A stretch of DNA of 64,000 nucleotides from Candidatus Latescibacterota bacterium (GTDB lineage: Bacteria; Latescibacterota; CBDEFO01): positions 3,936,001-4,000,000 of the forward strand of contig OZ252149.1 of assembly GCA_965248755.1 (NCBI GenBank), read 5' to 3'. The translations under genes were made by a program, and so were the position numbers. This document shows, one piece after another, positions 20,043 through 29,233 of this stretch. Numbering within the stretch: position 1 is the first letter of the stretch; each line of letters starts with the position of its first letter. Below the pieces are notes generated by a model. The model had not been told where the DNA came from. It ran no database searches and saw only the letters and a program-made list of their open reading frames with translations.

Positions 20043-20855
20043 CTACTCATTTGAACCCTCTGAATCTTCGTCTTCAGGAGTAGTGGCCTGATGACCAAGT
20101 AACCCCCCCAAAACAGGTCGATCCAGAAATTGGATGGCCTCTTCAGTGGCATCGCTGCTTATAATCTCAAATTCAGCATCGACTTTACCATCCGTCTCAG
20201 CCAATCTCTTTCTCCACTCTTCTCCGATCTGTTGAGCCTTGAAATCTTGTAATTCGGCCGCTATCTCCCCAGCCAGTTCATCTTCTCCTTTCTGAATATT
20301 CTGGGTAGCAGCCTGAACTGATGTCTCCAAAAGAAGCTGGTCTTTGGCCTCTTCGAACTCATCAGCCGCTGTTGACTGTGTTATTTCGAGTGCCCGATGC
20401 TTCTTTTGAAGCTCTAGCACGTGCTCAAGTTGAGCCAGGGCTTTGGCTTCTGAGACTGATCTCCTGGCGGCATTGGCTTCCGTCTTAAAGCTTACCAACG
20501 CCTCTTGGGCTTCTTGATCAGCAGTCTGGGCTTGAGTAGTCATCTGCTGGATAGTTTCCTGCAAAATTACATACCGTGCCTGGGCGGCTTCCGCTTTCTT
20601 GTTGTTGTTGGCAGCCATTGCTCTTATGCCAATCGTTTCTACGGCTTTGGCTTCTGCCACGAGCTTTTTGAGCTCTTGACGTGTTTGGGCCGCCAACTTT
20701 ACCTGAGCCTCAACAACCTCCCATCTCCCTTGCAGGGCTTGAACCCTCTGGGTAGCAAGCTCTTGAATACGAGGTTTGGCTTTTGGCTTCTCTTCTGATT
20801 CTGAATCAGACAGGAAGCCATGTATGCTTCGTATTACATCCCTGAACAGACTCAT
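20043..20855 (-). CDS. PspA/IM30-like coiled-coil protein
   Basis: Amphipathic N-terminus MSLFRDVIRSIHGFLS, long coiled coil, first gene of the yqiJ/yqiK-like operon; GGAGG RBS. Confidence 0.6.
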   Translation of the reverse strand: MSLFRDVIRSIHGFLSDSESEEKPKAKPRIQELATQRVQALQGRWEVVEAQVKLAAQTRQELKKLVAEAKAVETIGIRAMAANNNKKAEAAQARYVILQETIQQMTTQAQTADQEAQEALVSFKTEANAARRSVSEAKALAQLEHVLELQKKHRALEITQSTAADEFEEAKDQLLLETSVQAATQNIQKGEDELAGEIAAELQDFKAQQIGEEWRKRLAETDGKVDAEFEIISSDATEEAIQFLDRPVLGGLLGHQATTPEDEDSEGSNE

Positions 20856-20899
20856 CTTTTTCAACCTCCTTTCATTCAACTTCACCGTTTTAGTTAGAA

Positions 20900-20942
20900 A
20901 CCGACATTCCCCATATCACATTCATTAGGGATTATATTGCGA
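20900..20942 (-). mobile_element. Isolated inverted copy of the IS1380 right end
   Basis: CCGACATTCCCCATATCACATTCATTAGGGATTATATTGCGA is the reverse complement of 25543-25584 with 2 mismatches. Confidence 0.85.
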
Positions 20943-21285
20943 CCTTTTTTTATCCCCTTTATTCCTCGCCCAAGTTCTCCGGCACATCTTCTCGACCCAG
21001 TCCATCAACCAGTTCGGGCTGTTCCCCGGGACCGGCATTTGCCAGAACGATCTTACAGCAGAGACACCAGCCAACCACCGCTGTGATATGGGATAACGAA
21101 AAGTTACGTAACTAAAAGATATCTAAGATCAAGAGGTTTGTAAATGATGAATAAGCACAAGAACATTAAAAATAGAAGCTTAGTTATTCTTAGGAGGAAT
21201 ATTCCTCAGGGTACTTTTCTGATTAAGATTAACAGCCTCATACCGCTCCCCTTGACAGAGCGACAAATATTTCGCAAATTGGGGT

Positions 21286-21615
21286 TTGAGAAGGGAGGTC
21301 AAGGTGTCGAGCCCCGAAGTGAAAGATGGTAAGCGCTGGACGGCGACCCGTAAGGGAGAGATTGTGTTGGCTCTTTTGAGAGGAGCAGATCTATCTGAGG
21401 TGTGTCGTAAGAATGGAATTAGCCAGTCGCAGGCGTATGCTTGGCGTGATAGTTTCTTAGAAGGGGGCCAGGAGAGTCTGAAGTCTCGGCGTGGTCGCAA
21501 GGATCCGAAGGAGCGAGAGGTTAGCCGGTTGGAGCGCAAGGTAGGGCAGTTGACGCTCCAGTTGGAGATACTCGAAGAGGTAGCCCGTCTAAAAAAAACG
21601 AAGCGGTTGCCTTGA
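21286..21615 (+). CDS. IS3 transposase OrfA
   Basis: Translation identical to 10024-10353. Confidence 0.9.
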   Translation: MRREVKVSSPEVKDGKRWTATRKGEIVLALLRGADLSEVCRKNGISQSQAYAWRDSFLEGGQESLKSRRGRKDPKEREVSRLERKVGQLTLQLEILEEVARLKKTKRLP

Positions 21616-22475
21616 GTGGGCGGTTTTTGGGTCGAGGCTATTCCCGCAAGGTGGTAGCTTTGGCTTTGGGTTTGCATCGTTCGACTCTGTATAGGTTTAG
21701 GGATAGAGGTGTCAGTTCTTCTGTTAAAGAGCCTGTGATAGATGAGGAGCTTGCTTTTCGTATTCGAGGGATACTGGACCAAGAAGAGGCATTTGGTCAC
21801 AGGCGGGTTTGGGCGCATCTTCGTTTCAAGGAAGGGGAATGTGTCAACGTTAAGAAGGTTCATAGGATAATGAAGCTTAAGGGGTGGCAGTGTAAGCTGT
21901 GGAATCGTCCCGGGAGAAAGGGGCCACAGGTTGCCCAGAAGCGTTCTGTGGTGGATAGTCCCGACAGTTTGTGGTCGAGTGACTTGACAAAGATTTACTG
22001 TGGAAAAGATGGTTGGTGTCCTCTTATTGCGGTGGTGGACAACGGAAGCCGGGAGGTTCCTGGGTATCGTTTTAGTCGAAAAGGGAGGGCACTGGAGGCC
22101 ACAGATGCCCTGGATCGGGCCGTGATCTCTCGATACACTTCCAAGGAGGCTGTCCCCCAGGGTCTCACTTTGCGCTCTGACAATGGTTCCATCTTTTTGG
22201 CTCGGGCCTATTTGGCCAGTACCGAATATTGGGGAATTCGTCAGGAATACATACCAAGTGGTAAACCCGATTGGAACGGTGTTGTAGAGCGTTTTTTCAG
22301 GACCCTCAAGCAAGAGTGTGTTTGGCTTCACAAGTTTGAATCCTTTGAACAGGCTGAGAAGATCATATCTCAGTGGATCGATAATTACAACAAGAACAGG
22401 CTTCATTCATCCCTGGGATATAAGACCCCAAAAGAGTGGAGAAAACAATTTTATCTACTACCCCAGGTTGCTTAA
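21612..22475 (+). CDS. IS3 transposase OrfB
   Basis: Translation identical to 10350-11213. Confidence 0.95.
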   Translation: MSGRFLGRGYSRKVVALALGLHRSTLYRFRDRGVSSSVKEPVIDEELAFRIRGILDQEEAFGHRRVWAHLRFKEGECVNVKKVHRIMKLKGWQCKLWNRPGRKGPQVAQKRSVVDSPDSLWSSDLTKIYCGKDGWCPLIAVVDNGSREVPGYRFSRKGRALEATDALDRAVISRYTSKEAVPQGLTLRSDNGSIFLARAYLASTEYWGIRQEYIPSGKPDWNGVVERFFRTLKQECVWLHKFESFEQAEKIISQWIDNYNKNRLHSSLGYKTPKEWRKQFYLLPQVA

Positions 22476-22670
22476 TTGGTGTCGCTTTCCTGGGAAGCAG
22501 TACAGCCTGAGATAGCCTTAATCCCTTAATCACCTTCCCGACCTTACTATTCCTTTAACCATTAAATAATGCTTGCAGACAAGCTTGTCATACTTTATTA
22601 TAGAGAAGCAGTAACGTCCAAAGTAGTTATAGAGGGGACCACAGGTTAAAGACAGGTTAAAGGAGTAATA

Positions 22671-23977
22671 ATGATGAATAACCAGGAATTAAAATTCCTC
22701 TATCTGAAGGTCTTAAAGGAGGAGTACAAGTCCTTAATTGTGTCTCTTAAACAAGATATCAGTCTCACAGCCGAGCCTATAGCCATTGATCTTGGCCAAA
22801 TAAAAACAGAGCTTGCTAAGGACGATGTTCCTCTCATAGCAGAGCTTCCTATCTTCTTGGCTCCAAGCATACTTAGAGAGGAGAAGGAAGAGGAAAAGTA
22901 TAAGATCATAGGGTCCATATTCAGACTCTCGCAAGATGTTGGAAAATCGGTCTCTTTTTTAAGTCGGCCGGTCCCGAGAAAAGTATTAAGCTATTGGTCT
23001 GTGCTGGGGAAGACTCTATAGGAACAGTTCTAGCTCGTCTCTACGCTAAGGCTAACAGATGGCACACTTCCTTTGACACTTCAGATGAAGTTGAAGTGCA
23101 TGAGGACTATGAGGATATTCTGGATGAAATGGTAAAGTGGCTTGAGCTGGAAAAAAACAGAAACATTCCCGTAGGTTTAGAGAAGGTCGCTTGGGTTTTG
23201 TCAGGGTCGCGTAGGGAAACGATGGTAAATCTGGCGGAAGAACAATACTCCGAGCTAAAGGTTATAAACTTGTATAGAGAGGTGATGAACTATTTGAAAA
23301 GGCAAGGTACTATGCTGACCACGGATTTGCCAGCCACTTTGCTCATTGCAAAGCAAAATGACATAGAGACTAAGGAAGATTTATTCACTAAGTTCATACA
23401 CAAAGTGGACGAATGGGCATATAGAGACCGCGAAAATCTAAAAAAGATGGGATGCGAACCGATTTATCATGAAAAGCACTATCCGGAAAGAGCCGCCGTT
23501 GTGGATTTTGTACGAAACGCTAACATTAGCTTAAGCTATTATCCATGGGGAAAACCCCTCCGATACGGAGATTTCCATCATTTCCGGCCTGTCCAGGTAT
23601 TCATAAGCCCAGATATGCTCTTCGATGAGCCTATAGATTACTTGGAGAAAAGGGCGCAGGAATTGGGCGACGAGATAGGCTGTCTAATTAGAGATGGCCA
23701 CACAGAGCGTATGGATATTGTACGTGGGTACTATGAGGATTTATTTCCCGAACTTCTTAAAAAAAATAGCTGGCTTTTTGATAGCAAGGAATCGCTATTA
23801 TGTCTAAAGAGAAATTGGAAAAGCGAGAAACTCGGACTTGATCAATTATGGGGGGATTTTGATGACATTATGAGAAAGGCAAATGAGTTAATTAGAGAGA
23901 TTGAACGATCTATTGAAGCCGCCAGGAAAGATATTTCACAAGCTTATCCTGTACCAATCCCCCATTCGCCATATTAG
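22671..23977 (+). pseudogene. Hypothetical protein, probably frameshifted near 22940-22960 and cut at its 3' end by IS1380
   Basis: AAGGAG RBS; two overlapping ORFs (116 and 327 aa) whose frames are both open across GGAAAATCGGTCTCTTTTTT; the stop lies inside the IS1380 left end. Confidence 0.5.
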
Positions 23978-25584
23978 ACCCGAAAAATGGTTGTCAAAGT
24001 CGCCAGAACATGTTATATTACAATAAATAAGACTCATAAATGGCGGATAAATATTGATCATCCAGAGGGTGAAAGAATGAAAGTAGGTTTTGATGGAGGA
24101 ATAAAGCTTGAATTTCATGGTGCAAAGGTGACATCAAACGGTGGACTTCTTGCGTATCGTGACCTTGATTACGCACTGGGATTATTTGATTCGGTATCAG
24201 CGGTTTTTACCGATAAACGCACAGGCCGTAATATCCAACATGATATATCTACTCTCCTGCGTCAATCGATATACAGCCGTCTTGCAGGATATGAAGATGT
24301 AAATGACGCCGAGCGATTATCCGTTGATCCCGTCATGCGAGCGATTACCGGAAAGAAGGACAAAGGCAGGCAAGCTGCCAGCTCCAACACGATAGGACGT
24401 TTTGAAACTGATATACTGACTCAGCATGACAATCTCAGAAACTTGTCAGATATCAATGGCAAGTGGGTTCAAAAAGCGATGAGTAAAACACAGCATCAAC
24501 GAATCATTCTGGACATGGACAGTTCGGAGAGTCCGGTACATGGCCAGCAGGAAGGATCAGCTTACAACGGTCATTTCGGATGTACCTGTTTTCATCCAGT
24601 GTTCTGCTTCAATCAGTTCGGGGATTGTGAAGGAGTCCTACTTCGCTCTGGTAATGTTCACAGTGCTGATCGTTGGAAGGAAGTTCTGGAACCGATCGTC
24701 AAGAGATACGAGAGCAAGAAGAATAGGAAATACTTTCGAGGCGATGCTGCATTCGCAAAGCCTGAGATTTATGATTATCTGGAGGGAAACGGCTATTTGT
24801 ATGCCATTCGGCTTCCCGCAAATGAGATACTCTATGAAAAGATACGATACCTGCTGACTCGGCCAGTTGGACGACCGCCGAGGAAACCGATTGTATCGTT
24901 ATATGAATTTCAATATAAAGCGGCCAGTTGGGATCAATCGAGGCGAGTGGTCGCCAAGGTTGAATGGCACCAAGGGGAGTTATTCCCAAGAGTGGGATTT
25001 ATCGTGACCAACATGAGCGCCAAGCCAGAAGGCGTGGTACACTTCTACAATGGCCGTGGCAGAGCTGAGCAGTGGATTAAGGAGGGCAAGTATGCTCTGA
25101 ACTGGACCCGACTCTCATGCAAGCGTTTCGTCTCCAATCAGGTGAGGCTCTGGCTGTTTGTTCTGGCTTACAACTTGGGCAACTTCCTGCGACGTTTTGT
25201 TCTTCCGAAGAAAATCAAACACTGGTCACTACGCAGCCTCCTCGTGAAATTTATCAAAATCGGAGCGAAGATTGTCAGACACAGCGGATATATTACGTTT
25301 CAAATGGCTGAGGTTGGGATAGACAAGAGGTTATTTGCCGAAATATTATCCCGGATTGAACGATTGCGATGTTATTCTGTTTAAACTGCCACATTTTTTT
25401 GTGAGTCGATGGAGAGGTGTCTCTAATTGGAGGATTTAAACACAAAGAAAGTGATAATTCAGAGGAAAATACTATTTTAATTGAAAAAAGTACTTGTTGA
25501 AAAATGTAAAAGTGGTAATATTAATTCAGAAACAAGAATGTATCGAAATATAATCCCTCATGAATGTGATATGGGGAATGTCGG
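23959..25584 (+). mobile_element. IS1380-family insertion sequence
   Basis: IRs CCCCCATTCGCCATAT / ATATGGGGAATGTCGG enclose a DDE transposase. Confidence 0.9.
23987..25384 (+). CDS. IS1380-family transposase (DDE_Tnp_1_4); true start probably near 24077
   Basis: LEFHGAKVTSNGGLL, GYEDVNDA, ILDMDSS, FRGDAAF, YNGRGRAEQWIKEGK. Confidence 0.92.
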   Translation: MVVKVARTCYITINKTHKWRINIDHPEGERMKVGFDGGIKLEFHGAKVTSNGGLLAYRDLDYALGLFDSVSAVFTDKRTGRNIQHDISTLLRQSIYSRLAGYEDVNDAERLSVDPVMRAITGKKDKGRQAASSNTIGRFETDILTQHDNLRNLSDINGKWVQKAMSKTQHQRIILDMDSSESPVHGQQEGSAYNGHFGCTCFHPVFCFNQFGDCEGVLLRSGNVHSADRWKEVLEPIVKRYESKKNRKYFRGDAAFAKPEIYDYLEGNGYLYAIRLPANEILYEKIRYLLTRPVGRPPRKPIVSLYEFQYKAASWDQSRRVVAKVEWHQGELFPRVGFIVTNMSAKPEGVVHFYNGRGRAEQWIKEGKYALNWTRLSCKRFVSNQVRLWLFVLAYNLGNFLRRFVLPKKIKHWSLRSLLVKFIKIGAKIVRHSGYITFQMAEVGIDKRLFAEILSRIERLRCYSV

Positions 25585-25652
25585 GTAGAATGTACATGGT
25601 AGGCCGTTACAGAGGCCTAAAATTTTCCTAACCTGGAGGGAGGCAAAAACAA

Positions 25653-27290
25653 ATGGTCCAAGATAACTCTGATATTTCTACCCAGCCCAAAGATGGGAAC
25701 GGAAGTCTCCGACGGATAGTGATTGGCATTATTATGGCTATTGTCATCGGTACTTTAGTGGGTGGTGGGCTGCCCAATCTCGCCGTGAAGTTCGAGATTC
25801 TGGGTGATATGTTTCTGAATTCGCTGATGATGATCGTTGTTCCAATGGTTATGTTCTCGATAATTGTTGGGATCACTGGCTTAGGTGATATTCGCAAGAT
25901 CGGCTCGATTGGAAGGCGTACTGTCATTTATTACATGGTGACAACAGGTATTTCAGTTCTCATTGGCATCATCTTAGTCAACATCATCAAACCGGGCGCA
26001 GGTATCTCTCCCGGTGAGGAGCATGGCGTATTTACCTATACGGTTGGTGGATTGAATAATCGCACGGTCATAGTAACAAACGGAACATGGGAAAAGACAA
26101 ACTATAGCCAGAAGTATCTTCTTGTTTTGATAGACCAAAAAGTGCAGGGGACCGTTGAGTCCTTCTCGGAAAACTCGGTGACGGTGAAACTCTGGGAACC
26201 TCAAGAATCAAGAGATGTATTCTATGTCACTGCCGAGGATGGCACACGTCTCCCATTCCGCCGAGTCGGGGGACGATTAGTTTCTGCCGAGCCAGAACTT
26301 GCGCCTTCGGGAACGGGTGTCAAGATCACCTTACCTATCGCTCAAAAAGTGCGCGGTAAAGAGGAGAAAGACATCGGTCGTACGTTGGAAGAAGTCCTCG
26401 TCGGAGACAAGAAGACAGGAAAAGAGGGGTTAATTCCACGCAATCTCTTCAATGCGATGGTGACTACAGCCATACTGCCGTTGATTTTCTTCTCACTTCT
26501 ATTAGGTGCGACACTTTCGGTCCTGGGCGAACGAGGACGTGTGGCTATTGATTTTATCTCAACACTAAACGATGCCGTGATGCGAATAGTACACTGGATT
26601 ATGATTGTGGCACCTATCGGCATCTTTGGATTGATAGCAGCACGTATTGGGAACGCAGGTGGATTCAGTGGATTTATGCCGGAACTGCTTGCCCTCGGTA
26701 AATATAGTTTCACCGTCGTATTCGGACTGTCGATTCACGCATTCATAGTGTTGCCGCTTATCCTGTTGCTTATCGGACGACAGAATCCCCTGAGATATGC
26801 CAGAGGTGTAGGCGCAGCCCTTTTGAACGCATTTTCTACAGCTTCCAGCTCTGCAACACTGCCACTGACGATGGAAGGAGTCCAGGAGGAGAATGGCATC
26901 TCAAATCGGACAGCCAGTTTTGTCCTGCCGCTCGGTGCCACCATTAACATGGATGGAACTGCCCTTTATGAGGCCGTTGCCGCCATGTTCATTGCACAAG
27001 TCTATGGAATTGAGATGAGTTCTGTGGAACAAGCTGTTATTTTTCTTACAGCAACACTTGCAGCCATCGGTGCAGCCGGGATTCCTGAAGCCGGACTCGT
27101 AACGATGGTGATTGTCTTGAAGGCTGTCGGTCTGCCGATTGAGGGTATCGGATTGATTCTAACAATTGACTGGCTGCTGGATCGCTTCAGGACTACGGTC
27201 AATGTCTGGGGTGATAGTGTCGGAGCAGGCGTTATCGAGACACTTGAAATGAACCCCCGATTTAATCGGGGCTCGGTAGAGGGAAGTTAA
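25653..27290 (+). CDS. Dicarboxylate/amino acid:cation symporter (DAACS, GltP-like) with a long extracellular insert
   Basis: AFSTASSSATLP, LPLGATINMDGTALY, AAIGAAGIPEAG, DRFRTTVNVWGD. Confidence 0.92.
   Translation: MVQDNSDISTQPKDGNGSLRRIVIGIIMAIVIGTLVGGGLPNLAVKFEILGDMFLNSLMMIVVPMVMFSIIVGITGLGDIRKIGSIGRRTVIYYMVTTGISVLIGIILVNIIKPGAGISPGEEHGVFTYTVGGLNNRTVIVTNGTWEKTNYSQKYLLVLIDQKVQGTVESFSENSVTVKLWEPQESRDVFYVTAEDGTRLPFRRVGGRLVSAEPELAPSGTGVKITLPIAQKVRGKEEKDIGRTLEEVLVGDKKTGKEGLIPRNLFNAMVTTAILPLIFFSLLLGATLSVLGERGRVAIDFISTLNDAVMRIVHWIMIVAPIGIFGLIAARIGNAGGFSGFMPELLALGKYSFTVVFGLSIHAFIVLPLILLLIGRQNPLRYARGVGAALLNAFSTASSSATLPLTMEGVQEENGISNRTASFVLPLGATINMDGTALYEAVAAMFIAQVYGIEMSSVEQAVIFLTATLAAIGAAGIPEAGLVTMVIVLKAVGLPIEGIGLILTIDWLLDRFRTTVNVWGDSVGAGVIETLEMNPRFNRGSVEGS
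27255..27271. repeat. Small palindrome CCCCGATTTAATCGGGG inside the 3' end of the symporter gene
   Basis: Near-perfect hairpin related to the elements at 14057 and 45815. Confidence 0.5.
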
Positions 27291-27621
27291 TCTAAGCTAG
27301 TAGAGAGGAGGAACTGCCTCTCCACCAAACCGCTATTGTGAGTAGGTGTGCGCACTGCGGGGAGATCCGATAGGTTCATGAATGATTCTATGAGCGATCC
27401 GGAAACGAGGGAGTTTTTTAAAAGGAATATGATGGAGTATAGAGCGGAGAAGCAGATTGGAAGATAGTTTCATAGTCATGATCGACAACAGTGTCATCTA
27501 TGATTTCCCTCGTAGTTGAATATTAATCTGATGCACGTATAGTCCATTTTTACATGTTTATTTTAGTATTGTTAGAATAGTTGACAAATACTAAATTGTT
27601 GTAAAATATATAAAGTAAGTG

Positions 27622-27650
27622 TTGACAAACATTAAAACATTCCGTATAAT
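27622..27650 (+). promoter_or_regulatory. Perfect-consensus sigma70 promoter upstream of the tandem-array operon
   Basis: TTGACA-N17-TATAAT; a second TTGACA at 27581. Confidence 0.8.
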
Positions 27651-27919
27651 AAGGCGTTCATAAGTGATGAGAATCGATCGCTTGGACAGATACGATGGAC
27701 AGAAGGGAAATTTTGGTCTGGCTGCGATAGTTCTCGCGAGCCTCTATATCACATCAAGAGTACGTGCGCATTTGTCCTCTACGTTTGAGGATTAGTAATT
27801 ACTGCAGTAGTTACTAACGTCTTCGCTGCAGTTAAGAGTTGATCCGAAAACGATTAGAACCGAAGTAGTAATTGTGTTCGAGGAGATCATGCGCTGAACA
27901 CGAAAGGAGATGATGGAGT

Positions 27920-28585
27920 ATGAAATGGGTTTTGAGTTTATTATCCCTGATCGCTTTTATGCTTCCAAGATTCGTCAACGCCTCATCTTTGCTTCCTTTG
28001 GAGCTTGAGCAAGGGATCAATGAAGTCTCTATCACTGTAGTAAACCAAGGAGAGGCCGATCTCACAGCATTAGCTATAAATGTAGACAAAAAGGCGTTAC
28101 CTCAATGGATGAGGATCTTGGAGACGTCGAAGAGGATCTCAGTTCCTAGGATGTCGAAGGGATCACAGAAGCTGATATTGAGAATCGAAGTGATAGACGC
28201 TCCCCCAAACGTGCCCTTCGAGTTGCCTCTGATTGTGAATGATGTCTCGGAGGGAAACTGGGAATTCAAGGTGAACACAAAAACCTCGCTTGGCGTCCCT
28301 ACCTCGTATGAACTTTCTCAGAACTACCCCAATCCCTTTAATCCAGAGACAACGATTCATTATGCACTGGCCCATAAGGGGCCCCTGCCCACTCTGTTGG
28401 CGATCTACAATGTTTTGGGTCAGCAAGTGAAGACATTGGTGGATGAACCTCAGACAGGCGGTTTCTATTCCGTTCAGTGGGATGGAAAAGACGATGATGG
28501 AGGAAAGGTGTCCAGCGGTATCTATTTCTATAGGCTTGTCTCTGGCGAATTTGCCAAGACCCAGAAGATGCTTTTACTGGAATAA
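27920..28585 (+). CDS. Secreted protein with an N-terminal Ig-like region and a C-terminal FlgD-Ig/T9SS-like sorting domain
   Basis: Signal peptide; LSQNYPNPFNPETTI...IYNVLGQ...WDGKD...SSGIYFYRL...KMLLLE. Confidence 0.8.
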   Translation: MKWVLSLLSLIAFMLPRFVNASSLLPLELEQGINEVSITVVNQGEADLTALAINVDKKALPQWMRILETSKRISVPRMSKGSQKLILRIEVIDAPPNVPFELPLIVNDVSEGNWEFKVNTKTSLGVPTSYELSQNYPNPFNPETTIHYALAHKGPLPTLLAIYNVLGQQVKTLVDEPQTGGFYSVQWDGKDDDGGKVSSGIYFYRLVSGEFAKTQKMLLLE

Positions 28586-28599
28586 AGGAGGTGCGAAAG

Positions 28600-29136
28600 A
28601 TGAAATCCAAGAGCGCTCGACGAAGTGTATTAGTCACCCTCTTTTTAGCGACGTTGATGGGTGTTTTGTTCCAGACGTCGCAGCAGAGTGAGGCGCAAGT
28701 AGTGGTTTCCGTCGAAGGTCCCAGAGAGATCGTTGTGACGATACAGGGACCATCCCTGGAATTTGTGGCGCAGAAGCAGTATGAAATCGCACTGAACTAC
28801 ATCAAACTTGGGGATCTGAAGCGCGCAGAAGAGCAGCTTAAAAGGGTGATCAATAGCTATCCCACTGCTGGGACAACTGTTTCGTGGGCAGAATATTGTC
28901 TTGCCTGGATGGATATTCACAAAGATAAATTTCATTCGGCCATAGACAAGCTTCAGGCCATCGTTGACAAGGACATCTCCAAAGATGACGAGGTATATGC
29001 CTATGCCTACTATCAGATAGGCAGGATTTACATTGCGTTCTTGCAGGACAAGGTCAAGGCTGATGCAGCTTTTGGGAAGGTGCTGGAACTCTATCCGGAT
29101 TCAAAACCTGCGAGGCGGAATTTCTGGCTTAAGTAG
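28600..29136 (+). CDS. Secreted TPR protein (YbgF/BamD-like), copy 1
   Basis: Signal peptide; TPR helices AQKQYEIALNY...VINSYP and AYAYYQIGRIY...VLELYPDS; AAGGAGGT RBS. Confidence 0.8.
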   Translation: MKSKSARRSVLVTLFLATLMGVLFQTSQQSEAQVVVSVEGPREIVVTIQGPSLEFVAQKQYEIALNYIKLGDLKRAEEQLKRVINSYPTAGTTVSWAEYCLAWMDIHKDKFHSAIDKLQAIVDKDISKDDEVYAYAYYQIGRIYIAFLQDKVKADAAFGKVLELYPDSKPARRNFWLK

Positions 29137-29233
29137 GGATGAGGAAAATCCAGAGGTGGCATTACACTCAACGATGATTGGAGAGCTAAGTCACAACAAG
29201 CTTTTCCAGATAACCCAAGGAGGTGTGTGCTTT

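Larger units (their letters stand above)
21239..22504 (+). mobile_element. IS3-family insertion sequence, copy 2 (1266 bp)
   Basis: Same length, ends and ORF translations as copy 1; 4-bp TSD GCCT (21235-21238, 22505-22508). Confidence 0.95.

Noticed and set aside
29033..29233. N-terminal extension giving 459-aa ORFs in copies 1 and 3
   Set aside because: It overlaps the TPR gene and is closed by a stop in copies 2 and 4; the RBS and signal peptide indicate a start at 29234
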